From: Octopus bimaculoides
Taxonomy: Eukaryota
NCBI RefSeq assembly: GCF_001194135.2
Contig: NC_068997.1
Coordinates: 41,104,897-41,168,896, forward strand
Length of the DNA stretch: 64,000 nt
Direction of reading: 5' to 3'
This document shows positions 53,056-64,000 of this stretch, piece by piece; position 1 is the first letter of the stretch, and the number at the start of each line of letters is the position of its first letter. Below the pieces are notes generated by a model. That model was not told the origin of the DNA, did no database searches, and saw only the letters and a program-made list of their open reading frames with translations. Both the position numbers and the translations under genes were made by a program.

Positions 53056-53819
53056 CTACACCTGTTCATGGTCTGCATCTTTCAAAATTAATCTCAAACT
53101 TTAAAACAATATACTGAAGCATTATATTTAATATGAGCAGTGTCTTTGACAAGGTGCATCATCATCATTATCATTATCATCATTTAACGTCTTTCTTCCA
53201 TGCTGGCATGGGTTCGACTTCCTAACACCAACCACTTTACAGAGTGGACTGTGTGCTTCTTATGTGGTACCAGCACCAGCAAGGTCTGTTTGGCATACTT
53301 TTTCTGGTTGGATCCCCTTCCTAATGCCAACCAATCTACAGAGTGGACTCAGTGCTTTTCGTATGGCAAGGAATAGGTTTTACAGCTGGATGCCTTTTCT
53401 AACCTCAACAACTATACAGTGTGAACTGGGTACTTTTCAGGTGGCAGCAGCACCGGTGTGGTCTGTTTTGGCATGGTTTTTATGGTTGTATATAATTCGA
53501 AATGCCTGTCCAATTTCCTTGTAATCTATTTTTAGAGCTATGTAGATAAAACAAAAAAAAAGATGACTTCATTTCCCCTTAATCAACTCTGGTCTCGATG
53601 ATGAATCTATCAGCTTCTTATTCAGTTTTTCAAGTTCAATCATTATTAATCCCATTCAACCCTATGTTAGTTACATTTCGTTATATTCTACTTGATTTTG
53701 TTTTTAATCCACCATGTTGACTATTGATAAATAGCAGTAGTACTCACCAGACAGCAGTCACTTCTTTCTTCACCCGCTATATCTCTCATTTGGCAGTTTT
53801 AATATTTTGTTTCAGGTTA

Positions 53820-54035
53820 GAGCAACAAGCTGGCAGAATCATTAGAACACCAGGCAAATGCTTAGTGGCATTTCATCTGTTTTTACAATCTGGGTTCAAA
53901 TTCCACTGAGGTCAACTTTGCCTTTCATCCTTTCAGAATCAATAAAATAAGTACCAGTGAAACACTGGGTTAATGTAATCGACTTAAACCCTCCCCTGAA
54001 ATTGTTGACCTTGTACTGAAATTTGAAACCAATAT
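53820..54035 (+). mobile_element. SINE family A
   Basis: Homology to 17445-17679. Confidence 0.75.
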
Positions 54036-54698
54036 TTTGTTTTAGGTTTAATATACTTTTAACTGTATAAGGCCCCACCAAACATCTGGTAAGACCCTTC
54101 ATATCTAAGATTACACATTTCCTTCAGTTACTACCATACCTTGTGAACCAACAAGAGTGTCTTTGTGCAGTTATTTGAACCTATGCTAGTCTTGAATACA
54201 CTATGCTTGAAAACAAGATTTATGAATTTATTTTATCAGGAATGTCATGGTACTAAACAATAACAAGTTGTATCCTTCAAAAAAGGACTGGCTTGGAACA
54301 TACTTGATAAATAATGAAGAAATGTTTTTGAAAACAGCCTTTTTGCATGATGGAAAGGTTCATCACACATAAGTTAATAAATAGATCTTACGTCTGTGCT
54401 ATATAAGCATTAAACTAAACCAAAGTCTCTCTCACAAACATTCAAGTTTATCTTCCCATCCCACTTTACACAGTTTCCTCAAAAAGGATTTTTAAAGTCA
54501 TCTCACCAAATATTTCTAGTTGTTTTACAATCTAGAAACTTATATATACATTTCCCAATGGCATTTGATTCAATTCTAAATTAATTCCTTTTTATTTATC
54601 AATGATTTTGAGCTATTGGTACTAATCTTTAACCTTCAAAGTTCAATAATTCATACAATACTGGTAATTGAAGTGATTTATACAAAAACATAAACTAA

Positions 54699-54918
54699 TC
54701 CTTTAGCATTTAAACCACCTGCACCCGACCCAAAAATTCTACCAGTTTTATGTTGAACATTGCCAGATCTAGCCTTTCACACTTGCCCTATGATGTCATT
54801 CTAAAACTATACAATCACATCATTGAAATTTTGATGCTACAAAATTATACATGATTAATTCAAAATACTGAGAATAAATAAGCATCACATTTGACAGAAT
54901 AAGCTGACTGCTAAAGGG
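54699..54918 (+). mobile_element. piggyBac-type MITE family C
   Basis: Termini tcctttagcatt and tgctaaaggg|TTAA; near-complete copy. Confidence 0.8.
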
Positions 54919-54984
54919 TTAAAGGCTTAAGATGATACAATTCTGTACCTTGTTCTATCCTAGCTTTGAAGTATTAGCTGCCAT

Positions 54985-55210
54985 TCTACAGAAATAAATG
55001 TTCAATAATTCCAATGATATAGTAAAGGACAGTAATTTTTGGGGAAAGGTTAAGTCGATTATATCAGCCCCAGTGTTCAACTCATTTTTATCAACCCTGA
55101 AAGGATAAAAGGTAGAATTAACCCTAGCATCATTTGAACTCAGAGCATAAAGATGGTGGATTGCCACTGCATTTCACCTAGTGTGCTAACGATTTTGCAA
55201 GCTTGCCACC
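54985..55210 (-). mobile_element. SINE family A between two piggyBac-type MITEs
   Basis: Reverse-complement homology. Confidence 0.7.
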
Positions 55211-55214
55211 TTAA

Positions 55215-55435
55215 CCTTTGAGCATTTAAACTGGTCATATCCAGCCTGAATATTCTAGCTGTTTTATGTTCAAACTGACCAGATCTGATCTCTCACACCT
55301 CTCCTACAATATCATTCAAAAAATGTACAGTCACATCATTGAAATCACAAAGCTACAAGATTAATACATGATTAATTCAAAACAATGTGAATTAATAAGC
55401 ATTACATTTGACAGTGTATTCCGAATGCCAAAGGG
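55215..55435 (+). mobile_element. piggyBac-type MITE family C
   Basis: TTAA at 55211-14 and 55436-39; termini cctttgagcatt and aatgccaaaggg. Confidence 0.8.
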
Positions 55436-55600
55436 TTAAACGTAAAGACAGACAAAATGCCACTGGCGTGCCGAAGATTCTTCCTGCTCGCTGCCTTAAA
55501 ATGATATAATAATGTTATTTTAATTAGACAATTAAAAAAAAAAAAAAAAAAANNNNNNNNNNTTGAACTTAGTTTTTGTCTTCTTGTAATCATTTTGCAG

Positions 55601-55734
55601 ATCTCTGTAAATGAAGCTGCCGCTCAGTTGTGCCATCATTTACCAGCACTGTTAACCCGGCGTGAAGATTTATTCCCATTAGCAAGGCAGGTTGTTCGTG
55701 AGAGTGGTTATCAGTATTCCAAAGGTCACTCCAG
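55601..55734 (+). CDS. NAB: NAB coding exon, NCD2 C-terminal half ([44 protein letters not shown])
   Basis: Acceptor cattttgcag, donor CAG|gtaata. Matches the NAB motif [11 protein letters not shown]...LLTRRDELFALARQ; phase 0-2. Confidence 0.95.
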
Positions 55735-56343
55735 GTAATACTTTCACCATATTCCATCTGCTTTCCTTTTCCAACTTAACTCAAAATACCTTGTCATACT
55801 TTAAACACCTTACTCTCTACCCTCATATATACTTGTATACTTTTAAAGTGTGTCAGGACAAATTAGATTCAGTTTTAATTTTGATCATTTTAATTCAATG
55901 AATTTAATTAATGAAAAAAAATATATAAGTATTCTTGGTTAAAATTTAAGAGTTATTTTAATTTTTAATATTTTGACTTCTGTATTTGATGCCTGCGCTT
56001 TTATTGTTTAGAAACTACTCTAATTTATTGTATGATGTTTTATTACGTTTGCTTTGATTAAAACCAATCCATTTACAGGTGCATGACAATTGTTTCCATG
56101 GCATACACTTAGATGCATGCCAGTAGTACCGATAGTACATAAGTCGGTGCATGTCACATTGTCAAATGGCCAAGTTGTAGATGCATGCTAATATTGTCGA
56201 AGGGACGTAATTCAGTAGTGTACTTTTCACAATTTATATCACTCACTATTTTCTGCGCAATTCTGATTTTTATTGAAATCTTATTTGTAAATATTAATTT
56301 TTTTTTTCTTTATCAGGAACATTACCTTAAAACGTTGTTGTTT

Positions 56344-56381
<38 letters not shown>

Positions 56382-59300
56382 TTGTAGTTGTTCTTCTTTT
56401 TCTTCTTCTTATTATTATAAATGTAAATATTTCTGTAATATTTTCTCTCCTTCATGAGACAATTTGATAAAGACAGATGAATTTCTTTTTGTTATTGGTC
56501 GATAGGAAACTTTTATCGCCAGTATTCTCAGTTTACTCCTAAGCCCATATTAACTTTACACAATCTTATTGTAATAATATGATTATATATTCAATATTTT
56601 ATCTCATTATCCTAGACAATTCTCTCAGAAAATCCAGTCAAAATACATTTTATTCATATTTACATGTGAATGTGTGAATAAAACACACGCGCACACACAC
56701 ATATGTATTATTCATAGAAATTTTATATAGCTATTACAAAGAAAAGACTACAGAATTATTAAGGTTGATATACATGTACCTATCTATCTATCTATTTATC
56801 TATCTATCTATATATANNNNNNNNNNNNNNNNNNNNNNNNNNNNNNNNNNNNNNNNNNNNNNNNNNNNNNNNNNNNNNNNNNNNNNNNNNNNNATATATA
56901 TATATCTGTCTGTCTGTCTGTCTATTTATCACCTCATCATAATTCTATGTTAGAACCTCCTTTTTATTTTCAAAACACCAAATTAATGACAAACTTTAAT
57001 TATACTACTAAATCATTCCAAATTCTTCGTAATTTTCATAATTAATCGAAACACTTAGACAGTGAACTGGTTAAAACATACCCATTTGTCAGGAACACTT
57101 CAAGTGTGAGAACTATTTATGAAAGATCATTGTATTCCACTCTCAATCTGTCACACACACGCACACACACACGCACACACACACGCACCTTTCTTTGAAT
57201 GTGAGTTATGACGGTTGATGATGATGATGCAGTTAATATTACAAATGCATCAGAAAACTGGGCAATAATTTTAGCTGTGAAGAAAGCTGTACTGTATAGT
57301 ATATGTATGTGTATTTTTACGCGACTATCATGTCGTAGAAAGTAATAAACACACTGACTGATGAGACAACTAAAACGGCCAGCCTAAGTAAGGGAGACAA
57401 CTTGCCAATCAGATTTCTAATATCCATTGTTAAAGGAAATCAGAAACGATAGTGTCTTTTCTTTAAGGAAAATAGGTAGAGAAATAAATAAACCATGGGA
57501 TTGTAAATTTAGTTTAAGTTAACGACATTAATGCAACCCCAACCTGAACTTACGTTTTCCGTTTATATGATTTGATATAAATTATAAAGTCAGAAAATAA
57601 ATTTTTCCTTTTGAATGATGAAGTCCATCAGTTGGCAAGACTGGTTGAGGAGGACTCGGTACAATAATGTCACTATGATTGTTAATTAAAGAATTTCCAG
57701 CTTGAGAAACAGTATTGTCATGGAATGAAGAATGAGATCTAAAAGTGTGTTTTTGCGATAAGGTACTGAGTCAGCAATTGGTAGTTTGACTCTGTAAGTC
57801 TAACTATTTCACCTTGAGATGTCAGGCATTGTTACAAATCATGCAGTAAGACAGATTCCATTACATTTCTTGTCATTACACAGCAGTAGTTCGCCTTCTA
57901 CTAGGAGGGAGTATTGCCATTTGCACAAACACTCAACAACTGTAGAAGGCTGCTGTAATCCACTTTTGTTAAGGGTACTAGAGAAGGCAACAAGTTACTT
58001 TCTTTGTGATAATGTTGCAGCAGGAACATTATTTGTTGAGTTGGTCCTAACTGTAAATGGAGCAGAACTGTCACAATCATGGAACCAAGAAATGTCTGTA
58101 TGAAAAAGCAGTAACAACTTTCTTGAAGAATAGGAAAAATGGTACAGTCAATTTAGCATCTTAGAAAATATGCCACCTCTTTTAGGTGTAAAGATTTTAA
58201 GAGTAAGCCACGTGTTAGGATCAGACATTTTGTCATGTTGAATGCAATAACCAAGAAAATTGGCACTTGTTTTACCAAGAAGTAATATCCAAATCTTTTA
58301 CACGTAACAGCAATGTGTTAATATTTTTGTTATGATCTTCTTCAGAGTTACTTCATACTATAAAGTCATTTAAATAGTAGCATGTAGGTTCAATGTTATT
58401 TTGTGCAAGTATTTGGTTCATCACTTGTTGAAAATATGCTACAACATTCATAAGGTTAAATGGATTTTAGTATATTTAAACTATTCTCCTAAGGCTTTTA
58501 AAAATCATATAAGGACAGTCTAATAATCCTTAGTTGCTGTTTGTAACAGACATGTTTCATATCAACATTGATAAAATCTTAATGTTGAGACATAATATGG
58601 ATTAACTCATCAATAACAAGTACTGGAAAAGCATCAAAAAGAATGTTGATAGGGGTTCGGAAATTACTAATTAGGTGTGGCTTGTGGAGGCTTTTCTTTT
58701 TAGTATAATGAATTCTCCATGGTGAGTTACTCAGTTCTCTAACACCTTTGAAAAATTAGTTTATTCCTTGTGTGACAAATTTGCAGTCACTCACACAATA
58801 TTTTTGAGCTCATGTAGCAAAAGGTTTGATGACCTGAGTGAAATTAGTGGAAAGTGTAATAGGGGGAATCTTCAGGCAAGCAAGACTTTGCAACACTAGA
58901 CTGGTTTCAGTGTCACTAAATTCAAATGCCCCTGCAGATGGCTGAGGCTTGTAATACATTTAAGCAACTACAACTTTCACTATGGTATGTTAGTTTGAAC
59001 ATATTACTGGAATTTACAAAGTTGTATTGTTGTCATTGCAACATTGCCACTGAATAGTTTAATGACTAAATTCTTCTGTTTAGCAATAAATTAGCTTGGA
59101 TAAACTATCACTGCTTATACTGTCAACTAAAACTTGAATCAATTGATTGTTAACCACATCAAAGAGTGCACAAAGCAAAAAAAAAAAAAATGTTTTAATA
59201 AAGCCAAATGATTCGGAGATGAAGAAATTAATGTCTTATTACCGTGTTTATATGATATCCTGCAGGTTCATTACATGACTTACACACTAGTGGAAAATGG

Positions 59301-59474
59301 TTTTCCATCTTTGCATTTTCAACATGACATTTCTTACTTGGACATTTTTTTTTTTTTTGTGGTCATGTGTATATCCTCACCACAATAAAGAAAAATTTTG
59401 GCAAGCAGCTGCTAAAATAGCTTCCTTCTCAGTTTTCTCTTCTGTAATTACAGTAGTAATATTTCTACAGGGAT

Positions 59475-59635
59475 TAGGCGGCAAACTGGCAAAATGGTTA
59501 GCAGTATTTTGTCTGTCTTTACATTCTGAGTTCAAATACCGCTGAGATTGACTTTGCCTTTCATCCTTTTGGGGTCGATAAATTAAATACCAGTTAAGTA
59601 CTGAGGTCGATCTAATCGACTAGCCCCCACCTCCT
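59475..59635 (+). mobile_element. SINE family A
   Basis: Homology to 17445-17679, with a deletion in the head. Confidence 0.75.
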
Positions 59636-62025
59636 GGCCAGTTTAAATGCTAAAGGGTTTATGACTTGAGGGAATTGATTCGAGGATTTATTTGTCTGTT
59701 CTTTAGGGATTATGAGCTAATGTTTAGCAAGAACCTTGTTCACTAGTTTTAATGTCAATATCCTTTGACCAATTTAGGACACCCTCCTAATTTATCAGAC
59801 ATGCATGGAGTTTATACAGTTGTGTAGTCTGGCTGGATCAGTAATACTGACAAGAAAATATTTAAAACAATGTAATTAGTGTTTGAATTCTGAAATGGAA
59901 ATTTGTATTGGTTCTTTTGGGGCCATAAAACTCTTTCTATGTTTGATTCATTGAATAAGCTGCTGTAAAAAATAACAGTAAGGGTTCTATATACCAAAGA
60001 CTTTATTCAAGAAATAATGCTGCAGTTTGATAGCCAACTTAAGTAAGGGAGAGTACTCAACCATCACAATACATCTTAAAATCACTGCAGTGTGTATTAT
60101 ACATATTTGTGCATATGTGTGTGTTTGTGTAGGCCCGATCATGTTTGTCTTTATGGGATTTATTTTTTCATTTGCAAAGGGATTTGTCTGAATGTTGGAA
60201 AAATAAAGTAGTCATTTCATTAATTTGCCTTACCATGCCACCATCTCTACTCACTATTTCTGCGATATTTCAAGTAATATTACTGTACATTAACTCTGAA
60301 TTCATTGTAGATAATCTCACACACCCACACCCACTCACATACATTTACACATATGTAGTGGTAAAGCCTGAGACCTGGTGTACCATAAGTGCTTTTCCCA
60401 CTGAAAGTATTTGCATTTTCCATGGTTCCATGAAGATCCATGTGGCCCTGTAACATGTATATATGAGTGAGAGTGTTTATAGTCAAATCAATATATAAGA
60501 AGCCAAACCAGACAGGAAGTTAACGGATTGTGCTACCACTGGCCAAACCTGTTCAGTGTAACCTGCTGTAAATAATTGGCATAGGGCTGATGCTGTTGAA
60601 TACTCTAAGAACTGGCAACTCAGTCGAATTGATGGAAGTTGAGCTGAAAACTTCTTGAGCCAGAATTATCGGACTTGTCAGAGTTACTTGGCACAATTTG
60701 TCTTACTTTTGTTGCTCAGACATTCAAAACACATTCTGTCTATACAAACAAATATTTCTATGTATTTTTGTTTGTTTTGTTTTGATTATCGCTACTGTCT
60801 TTGCCTATTTGAATCTTTTGTTATAGATTTTTCCTATTCACTTGTTGTGTTTACCATTCAATCTTTAGACCCCATCTTTTCTTATTATTGTATATGTCTC
60901 TTTTTTTTTTTTTTTCCCCTGTGCTTCTTTATTTTTGTCATGTGTACAAATATATACACCACCAGCTTGTGTTGCTAACACTAGCAAACTGAACATGTGT
61001 TAATACTGTGATGGTATTTTGGTTAGTGACCGATGAGGAGTTGAGATTGTCACCATCAGTGTGTGTGTGTGTGCTCTGTTTTTACATAAATTCCATTTTT
61101 GTCCCCCTGTGCTACATTTTCATTATATATATATATTGGATCAGACAGTAAAATATGCTGGGATAAGAACTGAAATGTTGTGCAAAGAACAGGGTTAAAG
61201 GCATTCACCTCAGTTAAGGATATGCTAGTGAAGATGTTGGCATGTCAAGCTGTCCATGAAGATATTTCATTTAAATGGAAGATGTTTACATCTGTTTGTG
61301 ATGTATAGTGTTCATTACAATCTTTAGATATATTCAGTATTACAGTATAGCAGACATATTTCATACTCAACGGCACTTGCAACTATCATTTTAACAATTA
61401 ATATTGTTGCACTGGCAACAGATGCAAGATTACCTTCCCTGACTTTTATTTCATTATTTTCTGTTTTAATTTCTAATTATTTTCAGATTTAATAATTATT
61501 AAAAAAAAAAAAAAAATTAATAGTAATAAGAATACACCTCAACTGATCACCATTTTATCTCACTGTGACTATGCCATATTTTCTCATTGTGACACTTGAC
61601 TATTATTACTGCAAGCCTGTGTGAATGATTGCTTAGATGTTTGAATACCTTCTGGCTTTCTATCGTTTATTTTTCACTTTCATAAAGTCTCCTTTCCACT
61701 TATCTATCGTTTAGTTTCCATCTTTTGATTATTGCCTTCATTTTTCTTTGGTTTTTTTTTTTTTCCTCTTGCCTAAAATCTTCCAATCAATGTTGATTTC
61801 TGCGGTTATTTTCTTTCCATTGTAAATATAAATTTGTAATTCTATCCTTATTCAAGATATTTTACTTTAAGTTTCTTTTATCTCAAGCCATTAATATGTG
61901 ATTGGGTGCCAGCCAGCAGTAGTGGACGGACATATTTTTGACTGGATTCTCCAAAACCCATTACAGTTATAATGTGTAAACTTGAATTCTAAATCCGTTC
62001 TTGGGTTTTATTTTTGTCTTTGCAG

Positions 62026-62076
62026 TAATTCCAAACAGCTGTGGGCAGTCGAAAGTCCGTCCATCAACTGCAACAG
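62026..62076 (+). CDS. NAB: Probable NAB exon downstream of NCD2 ([S]NSKQLWAVESPSINCN[R/S])
   Basis: Strong acceptor ttttatttttgtctttgcag; 51 nt open in phase 2-2, matching the phase-2 end of exon 55601; donor AG|gttaca is weak. Confidence 0.5.
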
Positions 62077-62359
62077 GTTACACTCATTATATTTTTAAAT
62101 CTTCACTATTCAACGCATGAAATTCTCTCTTTTAATGCAATGGCATATGGCTAGTTTTGTGCTAAGTGTTTTGTATTTGTTCATTTTTTTCCAAATATAA
62201 ACGGTGTTTTGTGTTAAATTGAAGCCTACAATTTAACTTTGAAATAAATGCAAGAATACCTCTCCATTTGGAAGATCTAAATCTTCTCAACATATATATA
62301 TCTACATACACACACACACAAATAGACACACACATACAGACATATACACGTACATATTC

Positions 62360-62401
<42 letters not shown>

Positions 62402-64000
62402 TATCATAGAATGAAATCAGGTTGGAGCTTGTCTGAGGATTAAACATAGAACACATTTTAAACCATTTTACAGACACAAATGACACATAATAGAGAATCT
62501 GTAGTTATGATTCTCTTTCATATCATTTCATGCATTGTTTCAAATATTATACATACACTAAACGCAATGATAACGTTTGAGTATATGTCCATTTTGGGAA
62601 AACAGGCCATTAGTAATATCCCAATAATAGTCCAGTGATCGCTCCATGATGACCCTCTAATAATCAAGTAATGACCCTATAATAGAGCTGTAATAGTCCA
62701 CTACTTTTCCAGTACATTGATTTTAAACCCAAGTGCCTTGAACCAATGAGGAAACTTCTATGCAGTTGCTTGACTTGATAGAAATAGTTACCAAAATCTC
62801 TCTCTAATCACACTCTACTGTCTTAAAAGAAAGGGAGAACATATTGGATCACGTTACGGATTTATACTTCATTAATGTCTCAATAAATTCTAGAAATCCA
62901 TTTTCCAAAATCAAAATGAGAGAATTGAGTTTTCCTTCTCATTAGTTCAAGTTATATTGATCTTAATTAGCATTAATCTATTAGTTTAGTTATGGTGAAT
63001 ATCTAAATTAAGTCTGTCGTCAGTGTTGTCACTTGTTGTGATTGTTGTAGCTGTTGTAGCTGTTGTTCTGTTGTTGTTCTACAATAGTCTTCATTGAGAA
63101 ATCTCTTACATGTGGTGTACTTCCTCATTAAGCTTTTAACCTTCAAGTTGTCTGTATTAAATATGTTAGCCAGTTAATGCTCCAGTTAACAGTTTCAGAT
63201 TGTCGTCACTGATCAATGAAATGATTGCCTGGTTCAAAGCTAAGAAACTTTGTCACTACTTAGTAATCTCTTTGTTATCACTGTCCATCTTTGTAACTGT
63301 TAAAACTGATAATGATGATTCTAAATTTATTTGATAATGCCCTGAATCGTTTATTTGTCATTTAAGAGTAAAACTATCATACTATTAGTTTTTAGTCACT
63401 TCACATTTCAATCACCAAATCCTCTTCTCTCTTTCTCCAAAGCCACCCATCCATCCATTCATTCATCTGTCTATCTATCTATCTGTTACTGTCTCTTCAA
63501 ATTTTATTCCCCTACTCTACCTACAGGTAAGTTGCAGCAATGTTTTAATGTCCGTCTTAGGGTACATTCCAATAGTGCGATATTTTCTGATAGTTCTCTA
63601 CACAAGATTTGGATTCTCTACCCACTTAGCTATTAATATTTTCCAGATTCTCATTATCAATTTCAATAAACTTCTCAAAATTTCTCGTCCAGTTAATGGC
63701 TGACAAAAGGCTAAACGCTTTAATTAGAATTAACAAATTTAATCACAGGGTTGTTGTGATCTTTATGTAACACTCAGATGATTTCAGTTTCTTCCTTCAT
63801 TTGTCTCTTATTGGCAAGAGGTCAGTGCTATGTGTCTGTGATTTCATCCCCCGTTTCCTTGATGTGGGGAAAAAATGTAAAGCACTCATTCTTGAATATA
63901 TATCTTGTTCTCTTCGTTTCTTTGAATATTAGCCTTTGTCTGAGATTCATTTCTGTTCATTAATTCTGTTTGGTGTACGATTCCTCTCTCTCTCTCTCTC

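Larger units (their letters stand above)
3842..62076 (+). other. NAB: Span of visible exons of a NAB-family transcriptional corepressor gene (partial; NCD1 and 3' end not seen in the window)
   Basis: Exons with canonical AG/GT boundaries join in frame (phases 1-0, 0-0, 0-0, 0-2, 2-2) and rebuild a recognisable NAB conserved domain 2 (NCD2). Confidence 0.9.

Noticed and set aside
57358-57378. CTGATGA hammerhead core
   Set aside because: No helix II and no GAAA follow.
58818-58899. Open phase-2 segment KRFDDLSEISGKCNRGNLQ
   Set aside because: Poor pyrimidine tract; only weak or phase-incompatible donors. Kept only as a remote possibility.
59266-59299. Exon-like segment SLHDLHTSGK
   Set aside because: Needs phase 1; in the required phase 2 it hits TGA at once.
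14647-62407. Many ORFs rich in YI, TH or CV dipeptides in the supplied track
   Set aside because: Artefacts of (TA)n, (CA)n and (TG)n repeats or of SINE bodies.

Overview
AT-rich, CpG-depleted, microsatellite- and repeat-dense eukaryotic genomic DNA. The repeat families look like those of an octopus (coleoid cephalopod); this is inferred from memory and not confirmed by a search. The window appears to lie inside one + strand gene encoding a NAB (NGFI-A/EGR-binding corepressor, NAB1/NAB2/Nab family) homolog. Four phase-compatible coding exons are well supported (3842-4071, 42985-43194, 45757-45876, 55601-55734); the last three reconstruct the NCD2 domain ([14 protein letters not shown]...LHE|[11 protein letters not shown]...[17 protein letters not shown]). 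NCD1 and the stop codon are not seen and presumably lie outside the window. The introns contain two tRNA-headed SINE families, RTE-like 3' tails, piggyBac-, pogo/Tc2- and hAT-type MITEs (several nested), decayed LINE reverse-transcriptase fragments, fold-back hairpins, long microsatellites including a perfect (CTT)65, and three assembly gaps. No bacterial-type system, CRISPR array or RNA gene is present. The best leads concern RNA processing: frame-preserving short or micro-exon candidates either side of the (CTT)65 tract, inverted SINEs bracketing two phase-0 exons (possible 330-nt stop-free circRNA), a candidate recursive splice site, and a CpG-retaining intronic block with antisense splice signals. 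All of these are hypotheses that need RNA-seq.
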